A stretch of 64,000 nt of DNA. Origin: Tubulanus polymorphus. Its lineage: Eukaryota; Animalia; Nemertea. The translations under genes and the position numbers were made by a program. Below, one piece after another: positions 53,511-64,000 of this stretch (positions are counted from its first letter, which is position 1; the number at the start of each line of letters is the position of its first letter). The stretch spans positions 5,890,001 through 5,954,000 of the forward strand of contig NC_134025.1 in the NCBI RefSeq assembly GCF_964204645.1, given 5' to 3'. The notes under the pieces are model-generated. The model did no database searches, was not told the DNA's origin, and worked only from the letters and a program-made list of their open reading frames with translations.

Positions 53511-55755
53511 TTAGGGTTCATCCCCTCTTTGAGTACAGCCTTCTTAGGCTTGGGATGAATCCCTGATATATTTTTGCAACATACGTTTATGATTGATCTA
53601 TTTTCTGTACTTTTCTAATGCGTCTAGATGAATTTCAATTAAGATAGGCTAACTTATGATTTGATGACATCGTAATGGGCTTTTAAAGAGGTTGTATGAT
53701 TTCCGAAATGGTCCGCGATATTAAGGGTTAGTAAGAATGCAGCGTGACCTCAACACATATTTTCCGCAACGAGTATTCCGAGAAAACCATGCAATTCCCT
53801 CGTCAAAAGTCTCCGGTGGATGGCTGACCAAATATGTCAATTGCCATCAACAGTATGGATACAGCTCCTTGTACGTCTGTGGTTTGGCTGTGTCAGGTTG
53901 TGCGGTGAGTGTCCTTCAAAACCAGCGACAACATTTCTCGTGGCACAGTCCGTCGAATTAAACTCGTTTATCAGAGGATTCTGAGGAGTGTGCCCCGCGC
54001 GATCAAAAATAGTTTGATTTGAAAAAATAACACAATTAACCTACGCAAGTCTAAGAATGCGGTGTATATCGATTCTCAGTTTTTATTACATTTTCCATCA
54101 ACTTACGCAAACTGTTGCCGGGTCACGCAATGATTTTTGTTCCTTTTAGTGACACATAAATCTATAATGAATTTCCAAGAAAGTCAACCATTCCTTCAAA
54201 GGATCGCAGAAAAATTTATCATGTCGTCTTTCTATCATTTGTCGTGCGTTTTTGTGTCAATTTTGTGGTGAGTTTCTCAGTCTGGTAAGGAAACTTTCGA
54301 CAAAAATTCAATTTCGAAAGATGCGTCACTCGGCTACGAGCGCTAATTTATCGGCATGAAATGTGAGGAGAGAAGAAATTATTTATTTGAAGCATCGTTT
54401 TCAATAATGAACTTCACCCTGTTTATTTTCGTGTTTCCCTGCATGTGTGCGTCGGACTTGGAAAAGAACGAAGTGCAGGCCTGGATTTGTAATTTTCTCT
54501 AGCTATCGAGACTTCCGACTAATTCAATAACTAAACATTAAAAAGGCACTAACACATTTTGTACTTGAAAGATAGTAGAAGAATATAGTTATCGCTATTT
54601 AAAGTGTTTCTAAGCTAGGCCGGCAGCTGTTAATGTTTAGTGGATATTGCCAAGGCCAGTGATTAATCGTATATCATGTCAACTATATAACGATCTGCTG
54701 GAATGATTTAATACTACACATGATTGCTAGCCAATTATATCCGTGGCGTACACGTCGCGATTCCTGTGATGGTAAAATTCCAAGTGCTTTATCAGCGTTG
54801 TCACTCGTCGTCGTCGTTAGAAAACAGTGCTTAGAATCAGTGCAAACTGTTTTCTAACGGTTTATTCCGATGTATAGACATAAGAAAATATTCGCAAAAT
54901 TAGCATGTATCAGCTTGAAGTGTCACGTATTGATCGGTGAATTTTGTCACGAAATATTGTACGACTCGTGTGTTTAAATTGTAGAATAACCGTATGTAGA
55001 AAAACCGGTATTTCGGATCGGAGTGTGTCGTCGTATTTGATGCTCCGGTGCCGTGTCGGTCCGACATTATTAGATCTTCCCGAATATAAGATTTTCTAGA
55101 ACTAAGGCGCGAAAATTCCGGAGACAACAACGATGGTGATGTCGCCACGCTGCTCATCGAGTTTAATGTTGACTGACGATGAATTCTGAGATATGATTGT
55201 AAATAGTTCTACATTCCATCTCTTTTTTGTATTCTTATCGTATAGGCCTACATTATGATTTATATCATCTTATACGAGAAATGAATTGATAGTAATATAA
55301 TGATTTTAGCTATTCGTTTACGATAATCTTGTGAATAGAAGTTGCATTTTATCGAATGTTTTGTATCTTAATGTCATAACGTGATATCTTCAGGCACTAT
55401 ACGTAATTAGAAATGTCTGCAAGCATGCGACATCAACTTGTCTGGTCTGCTGAAACTCAATTTGTAGTCATTTCAGGCATTGGAAAGATGCCTCATCTTA
55501 TAGGCTTATGTAACCTGAACCAGGTGAATTTCTGCGAAATGGCCAATTAAGAAGTTTTCAAAAACCAATTTCTCAGTACTGGAATTGGGTCAGACCATTG
55601 GTGGTTCTATGCACATAAGTTGCAATCGCACAGAGACAATTTGGCCCAGGCTAAATGGGCACAGATCAGGCCCAGTCAAATTTGACCAGTGCTTAATTGG
55701 AGAGCACACTCACGCGTAAACCACTCACGGCGTACTAAACAATCTTAGTCTTAAT

Positions 55756-55909
55756 CTGCCACACTAGACCGAGTGTGCAGCTTCATGCGCAGTTTAGATG
55801 ATTCCATTATTAGCCAATCAGAAATCCCGTTTAATTTCAGCCCGGTTTTCCCTCATCAAATATACAATGGGCAATCTAATGTACCTGCACACCCGGTCGT
55901 GTGTGGCAG
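55756..55909. mobile_element. MITE-like element with 25-bp imperfect TIRs
   Basis: Left arm CTGCCACACTAGACCGAGTGTGCAG versus the reverse complement of the right arm CTGCCACACACGACCGGGTGTGCAG (22/25). No clear TSD. Confidence 0.55.
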
Positions 55910-58900
55910 GGTTTCGTGCCGTGCCTGAGTCTAGCGATGCCATCAGGTTTGAATCCCTGCCGGGGCAGGATGGCAATGACAGACTTTCCCAATGTTAAAT
56001 ACTTGCACTTTCAATAAGCCATTCAATAAGTGAAATTCATCGTGTCAAATCTGAGAATTAACATTCAAATATGACGCCGAGTGAACATTGAATAAAAGTT
56101 GATTGATGTCTGGTTTCGCTAGGGTTACAGCGTTGCCAAGAAGGAGCTGTGATATTACTGACCGTATTGTAATAATGGACAATAAACGTCGGTCACCATG
56201 GGATATGTAATTATCATGCGTTAATGGTTTTCACCTTTAGCCACGAATCGTCAAATCACGTTTGAGTTACACGCACAATTGTAACATCATCAGCTCTGCC
56301 GACTAGCATAGTCTAGACTATTATGGATTTTCCTAGATTCTCAGGCAGAAGATACTGAAAATGTGCTGATAATCAATTATAATTGCCTGAAAATAAGTAC
56401 ATGTTTATTACAACTAAACATAATTGGATGTACGTGCGAAAACATTTACTAGTGATGACTTTTATTACTGTAAACTTTCGTTAAATACACGCCACTGGTT
56501 GTTGTGTGAGAAAGAACTGTAGCCCAGTTTTGTCAAGTGTACACAGGTTACCATGGTAATTGCAGTATACACTGGACAGGCGAGACTTAGAAGACACTAC
56601 ATCATCAAAAACATGTTGGCGATTTTAATGAAAACACTGTCAAATAGATTATTAGTATGCCAGATGAATTTCGCGATTCTGTCAACTTCTGGTGTAACTG
56701 TAATTGTTTTCATGTCTTGTGTTTTATCACACATCAGGGGGAATTTAGAACACTCCGAGCTGAATAATGAGAAACAGAGAGATTCTGCTGAACGCGGCAG
56801 AAATTTTGTCCTGAGACAATCAATGTTCTGGGCCTCGTGGTTACGAAGCTCTATAGAGGACTCTATAGATTTCAGTATTGGTATTAATTAGTTTGATTAG
56901 TTCAAGGACTATAGCCTTGCGAGCCAAACTGTATGAATATACCAGATAAATCAAATATAGAAGTGATGATTTGTGGTGTATAGGTATAGATTTGCTGGGT
57001 GAGTAAAAAGATGAGCTTTTTTGTTAGAGTCATCTTGATGGCATTCTCCAGGAAAGCGTCCTTGGACTAGAATATTTTAGCTTGAATCCCATGCTACTTT
57101 TGGTTTTATAGAAATAAAGACTGAGCCTGGTCTTATCATCTCAGATCTCATTTTCTCTAACAAACATCATCAATCAGTACCATAATAACCTCTATCATAA
57201 ACCTTGTTACCCTGAAGTATTACCATTTCTGTGTCTCATCAACTACTCATCAATAATAACCTTTTGTCTTTATTTTCTTGAGTATCACTTCACTTCATAA
57301 CAAATCTCACATAATTCATCGCATGGGACCGAGATGTCATCGCTGTGATAGATAATGCAGTCAAGAAGCCATTGATGTCTGTGTCGTGAACCTCATAGAA
57401 ACCAGGATTTCACAGTGATAATCTGTTCTTTATACAATTGATCAAAAATAACTCTGTTTTATGATTTGAGATCATTTTGGGTGTTTGGATTGTGGAACCC
57501 CCCCCCCCCCCCCGAGAGATCAAGCTATTTTTACCTCAGTTGTACCTTACGGCTATATTAGCATATTTTTTGTTGGTTCTATATTGATACATGTTTGTCT
57601 CATTTGATAGATTCCAATCAAGGCTCCGTGATGTTATGTTCACTTCAAAAGCACAACAACATTACAAATGAACCGCTACCATTTTAATCTTTCTAGTGAT
57701 TACTTACTTTGAAAACAAAATCACTCTTATTGAGCTTAGTGTTAATCCGTTCAAGGTAAGCATATTTATCGAGAGACTGTCATCAAAAAGAGAAATAGCG
57801 TTTGATGTCACATCACATAGAAGATCATATTTTAATCTTATGTAAGGTTTTAATCTTATGTAAGAGAGGACAGGACACATGCTTCGTAGACGGGATGATT
57901 AAAGATTTGCGTTAACAAAGAAATACCTTCTTGTATAGGTTTTAACATTAAATCTATAAAAAAGAACTAAATCTTTATCCACAAGTACTGGATTATTGCT
58001 GCTTATGAAGGCTAGATCTTGGCCGAGTGTCATAATCTAGATGTATCAAGAAACTGGATAAGACGAATTTGTTAATATATCTATAAGACAAAATCTTTAG
58101 CCTTGTCTTATTGTCGTTTTGACGAGAAGAACATTGGACAGCAATGATGACTGTTGGCATGGCTGAGAATTGGACAGGTGAGATTTAGACAGAAAGAATG
58201 GATATTTTTTCAGACGTCCATGTGTTTTGCTCTGTAACAAGTGACAATTTGCATGCGATTAATGTCAGTTTATTCGATCGACTCGATTGTGTAAAGTTTG
58301 CTGAGAATGGTCCCAAATGATACAGTTGACCCTTACATGCCCTTGAGTGTCATCTCATGAATTTACTCTGTTCCAATTAGCTAGAGTTCTCGAGCTTCTA
58401 GGCTGAAAGTACGGAGGAATACGTATAGTACGCTTGCCTCGGAGGCATCAATGTATTTAATTGCGAAGTTGGTGCACTACTGTCTAACTAGTGATTAGAA
58501 TAATCTACGGATTTCTCTTGTTGCTAAGAAATATGGATCTTAGCGTAAGATACAGATTGACTTAGGTATAATCCCTCCGTAATATGTTGCATTCTGTGGG
58601 CGACCATGGAAGATTTATCTAGAACACTGCTTATCCATCATACGAACTACAGATAAAACATCCATTGCTTAACAACGAACAAATGAACTGAATGAACAAA
58701 TAGATTTTATATCATAAGAGACCTTTTTAGCAGGTGGAATGATATTGGTTTCAATTAGTTTCTTTTGGCATAGTCACAGGAGAGCCTATGGATTAGTATT
58801 CTCCATATGTACCCATTCATCTGTAAATTTAACAACATTAGCTTTATATTGACCTAGAGTTTTCATCCAATCTTTCTGAAACTTGTTGTGTATCTATCTG

Positions 58901-61900
58901 GACCAAGCCCAAGGACAACGATAGAAATGGTTTTGACGACGAAGTCTTGTCAAGTGGTACATCTCTTGACACTGGAATATGAGTGTTTCTGCTTGAAAAT
59001 CTGCATGATAATCCGGTTTTCTGACATACTAGACCACCATAGATAATTACTTGAATTTTATGTTGTATAGTGCAACTGGATTTATTGGAAAGTCAGAATA
59101 TATCAGCAGTCTCTGGTTTATCGCAGTTATGTCTCAGGAAGGCATTAAACTGATTCTATTAGCTGTGCATTGTCGTCTATTATGACATTGGGAATAAACT
59201 GCTTGCTTGTATTCACCTGATTGCTGCAATAAACTCAACGTCACTTTCCACCAGACTCCGTATAACAATCTTCTGCCGCTGCTCAGATCGAAATTACTAT
59301 AAAGCCCAGACCAGAGATTGTTTCCCAATGTAAAACTCCTTTATGTCAGAAAGACTTCAGATTGGTTTCAGTCAGGAATCTGGAGTGGATCTAGATGTGT
59401 TCTGGCAAACACCACCCCCCTTTTCCCGCAGTACCCTTTTTGAAAAATGAACAAATGGACTGATTATTTCTCAAACAACTCTGTCAAATGACACTAGTAA
59501 AGCTGTTAGAATGTATTGCTAGATACATAGATGCATTTGTGATAGGGTCTACAGATATCTGACGAGACCTTGAAACGGTGAAGTTAGTTGGGATAGGCCC
59601 TACCATTCTTTGATGATCTAGATGATAAAAAGCCATCTGTAGTGCTATATCCTGCCCGCCATCCCAACCCCATAATCCTGGATCTGCCCCTTCCTTCCCT
59701 TGGAATGGCTGAACCCTTGTTCAATGAATTTGCATTATTTTCTATATTGAACAGTACTGGAAGTCAAATGATCTTTTAGCTTGAACTTATCTCAATGGTA
59801 AGATAGAAGCACCTGGTTGGTGTTGTATCTAGGTTTGCAAACATAGCTATCAGAAAGTGTTGTTAGGAATGTTGTTAGTACAACCATCTGAGTGATGTTC
59901 CGATGACCTTCACCTTATACTTTGTATACAGTTTACAATTTCTCAGCGGTAATAGTTGAGTACACTATGCCATTCCTACACCACAGGTGGGAAGCATGGT
60001 AGGGAGGGGAATCGCTGATGGGAGGCTTGGAAAGAAAGCAATAGATAGAATCAACAATGATCGCAGAATCAACATAGATGACAGAGACTGGTGAATTCGT
60101 GAAACTCCTTTAGAATACTCTCTTTAGGCAGAAAATATTCAGTCAGATCGATAATGTTATTGCAATGTCCAACAACATTTGTAGTTGTTGACATTAGTTT
60201 TCAGTGCAGACAGTAACATATTGCCCATACACAAAAGAGCTATGAAAGCGATAAGAACAGATATTTTAGCGATGTTGATAATAATATTTCTGTTGCCATT
60301 TGCATGCTTTGTTATCTGAATGGTTTTTGCTTCAGTTCAACCACTGGATGTTATTGTAAAATGGCAGCTCTCCCAACTTCTGCTTTCTCTTTCATGCTTT
60401 CATGCTTCATCATACATGGGTGTATTGTTGATTAGTTATGGGTAACTGATTATGACACGTAGGTTTGATGCCCATCAATTGCAGAAATCATTGCTTAAGT
60501 TACAACTTTGGTTCATCATCTCTTTTCTCCTCTCCTCTTTCTAGCAGTCAGCATCGTAGTAGGCTCAGTTTCACTTATCCTCTTTGAATCACATTCGCGT
60601 CATCAAAAGTTTATTGAGAGATTCATGAACTTTTTACAGCTTCTCAACTCGCGAAACATTTCTGGCTTTTACCAGTTGTGCCATCGCCTTCTTCTTGACT
60701 TCATTCTTGTGTGGCTTTTATAGCCCGCAGACATAGTCTCATTAGCTTCATAAAATTCACTTGACATGTGCTGAGATAAAATATTCAATTTTCCTTCCAA
60801 TTCAGTGATTCAACATGTGTCTCAAGGTCTCTTAGGTGGAAAAACGACATTTGCATGATTGCTGTAAGGTATTTTTAAGCGCAGATTGGTTCACACAGAT
60901 TGGCGATCATGTTTCGTTAAAGCAAATATCGCTAGCAGACTGAAAGATTCTGGTTGGTTTGATTGACTGGATACTGAACTAAATACAACAATCTAACATA
61001 AAATAATTTTTTTTCTCAATTTATTTGTGGAATATGCTTCACTGAATTGATTGTTCACGTGGCAATGAGGCAAGATGGTATTCGTTGCCGGGTTTCCAGA
61101 TTTTATCCTCCCCACGGGTGGAAAAAAATCCATCGACATGTAGGCGAAATAAATCGTTTTTCTCAGTGGACATTAATTATTGGTATTGTTGGTATGTTGT
61201 ATCTGCTGTTGCGATGACAATAACGTATGTATACGAAACTTCCTGATTCACAACATAATCCGTGCCATTAGCAGAGTTCAATCAGATATAGTCATGATTA
61301 TTCACATTGAAAAAACAAACTATCATCATTAGATAACCAGACAGAGAATAGCCAGCTATGAGCATCAGAGATGAACCTCATGTTTGTTTCTGTTGTTGAA
61401 ACTTGGTCTTTGGCGGTGTTGTATGATGTTGCCATGGTAATAATTCATTCTTCTCGGCGTACTTTTATTGTACGGAGCGCCATGACACTCCGGAAAAAAT
61501 TTCAGACGATTCTGACATAATCGCATTGATTTCTAGTTAGAGGATAGTCATTTGTAGTCGAGCAATTGGTAGAAAATTGAATAGATTTCCCGATAAACAA
61601 GCAGTTGTATTTATCGTCTGTCAAAGTAATCCACGATGTCAGCTTCGGCATTCCCGATTACCTAAAGCTATTTTATTATTATTCATTTATATCTTTAATT
61701 AACGATTGTGGATTTTTTAAGCATCTCCTGCCTTTCAACTCATCCCACGCGCATTTGAAGATTTTTCTGTCTGTTCATTCCGCGAGAATAATGACTTTCC
61801 GGCTGGGTATAAATACAGAACTGTACTACCTCGAGGGTGAGAAATCATTTCTATTGTCTGTTACAGTTACCATTAGCATCTGATAACAGTAACGGTCACC

Positions 61901-64000
61901 ATTCACCACCCTTACAGCCAATTAATGTTAGTCAGCCAATTATAGAATGCAGCCATCTGAACTGCCTGTGACTGCACGGAAAAGTCTGAGAAATGTCACT
62001 GAGAAATGCATTTTCAAATTTACCTATTTGCTCTGCGTCTAACTAATTAACCATGATAATCGATTGTTACTTGCGATTTGCTCATTATAAACTTTCAAAA
62101 AGATAACACATTGGCTTCTGAAACAGGTAGCACGTGGGCTTCTGTAGGTATGTTACACTTTGATTTCTTCTAAAATCCTTTCAAGATCGGGGATAACTTT
62201 CCCTACTTTATTGTCCTTTAATGGTGTACTAATGAGATATGGCGACTACTAATTCCAGAGAAATAGGCCCTAGTCGACAAATTTTGAAATATTGACCCCA
62301 TGAGGCATTACTCATTTTTTATTAAAAAAAGAACTGGCCCTAATACTTTTTGTTTTGGTGCCCTTTAATTTTTTATTTCATTTCATATGGTTTTTATATT
62401 TTTAAAGTTATTTTTACCGCTATTGTGTAGTCTACTCTTTGCATGTTAACACGTAAAAACTGCTCCTGAAAATTGGAATCGTGTTCAGTTTTGTACATGT
62501 TATGAAATGGAATATTTTGATTAGTGGCGCGATTCAGACACTGATAACCGTGATAACTGAGGCAGGACCGTTTAAATTATAATGCTGTACTGAATAAAAT
62601 ACATGCTTTATCAAAGATTATTATGAAGAGCTATCATGCATGCGTCCAACTCCGCAGGGTATATGCTAACAAATCACATTTTACAAAGCTGCTGTGATAT
62701 CGTTCTTCAATTCTGATGAAAGTCAACTCGCTAGAGCTGCCGTTTCGCGGAATATTTCGCTTTGATGTTCTTTCGTGTTCACTGTTTCGCACAATAAGTA
62801 TCATTTCCAATATATATATGAAGGAAAAATGTTTATTTGATTTTGTGATAATCTAACGAAATTCATAATGCTGAATGTATTGACCATTTTGTTGAATGTA
62901 CTTCATCCCGTCCTGATAACATGTCTTCACTAGGATCCATCGGCCTTTGCAACCTATCCATTAAGCCGTGAGGACAGGTATGATTAGCTTGCTCTTCCTA
63001 TTTATCGGAAACATGAACTCTTTCTTTTATAGTCCATGCTCCTGGAAACCCACCACCCCAAGTACCATTGAGTATGGGACGCAAACATATCTGTTATATC
63101 GATACATGTAGTCACCAGAGAACATCACTTATGACAGATATAGGATAGTAGTGCGAAGTAAATCATTGATGTGTAGCTATGACTGACTTGCACTTGTACC
63201 CACGCTCACGATTAGCTTCATTCGTTTATTTCACGTAGTCCGTGCACCGCGGCGTCGATGGTCGTTTTTTTCGAGCGACATAAGCAATTTCCGAAGGACA
63301 ATCGTGACAGTAAATGAGTTATACTAACTGCTAATACTCATGTACGGTAATACACACAGCTCGTCGTTTTCATCTATTAGATCTATCATTATTATCACTG
63401 ATTGAAATCCTCTGAAGTACACGTTCTCAATTTGAGATACATTAGCTGCAACATTCTCATCATCGACTACGGTGAATGTGTATATCACTTGCTAAGTTGT
63501 CATTAATGGGAAACTTGTTCCTTAATTGTTATGGTAATTCTATGACCATGAGATACATGTTGCGTCTATGTGCATCAACGCTGTCTTATTTTTTCATCCT
63601 ACTGGGTCACAAGCCGATCATTCCTGAAGATATATTAGGGCGACGATATTAACGATGCAATGGGAGTATGTATATACGTTTTTTTCATAATTCATGGAAG
63701 ATGATCCTTCGTGAAAAGTTAATTCGGTGCAATGCAATAATCGTGTTGACGTATAACGTTCAATAATTTCAGTTGTGTGGATAAATTTCTATGCTGAAAA
63801 ACTCTTATATTCCTGATTTGATAGTTGAATTATATAATCTATACATTTTAAAACTCCATTGCATTCAGAATGTATCAACTTATGATGGAGCTTTTGTTTT
63901 TCACTTTTATCGCTTAAACTCTTAATTTTTCACATATATACTCTCTGAGTATGTGCGTGTTGGTGTAACAAATGTTATTGTGACAGTGGATGGAATTAAA

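Noticed and set aside
54900-55157. 85-aa minus-strand ORF in a CpG-rich patch
   Set aside because: No recognisable domain or convincing splice context.
55935-55970. tRNA-like B-box (GGTTTGAATCCC)
   Set aside because: No cloverleaf or clear A-box; at most a SINE fragment.
59380-59692. Degenerate GGATCC-type MITE ends; likewise the 9-bp IR at 47041/47249 and G/C homopolymers at 51591 and 57498
   Set aside because: Too degenerate to delimit, with no TSD.

Overview
AT-rich, intron-containing animal (invertebrate-like) genomic DNA with mostly ~80-120 nt GT-AG introns; the species cannot be determined from sequence alone. The left ~39 kb is gene-dense: a hydantoinase/oxoprolinase-family gene (minus strand, running off the left edge); CDC6 (minus) with a greatly expanded, repeat-built, CDK-site-rich N-terminus; two head-to-head ACP7-like purple acid phosphatase paralogues; and a complete UNC79 gene (minus, ~22 kb). 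A divergent plus-strand gene appears to start at ~39.2 kb, with a single recognisable coding exon, followed by ~23 kb of CpG-richer non-coding DNA carrying MITE remnants and microsatellites. The most notable features are in UNC79 introns: a 77-bp near-perfect inverted repeat bracketing nine exons that begin and end in phase 0 (circRNA or block-skipping architecture); several frame-preserving candidate microexons with many Rbfox motifs; and a 14-nt element complementary to a downstream 3' splice site. Exon boundaries were read by eye and may be off by a few bases.
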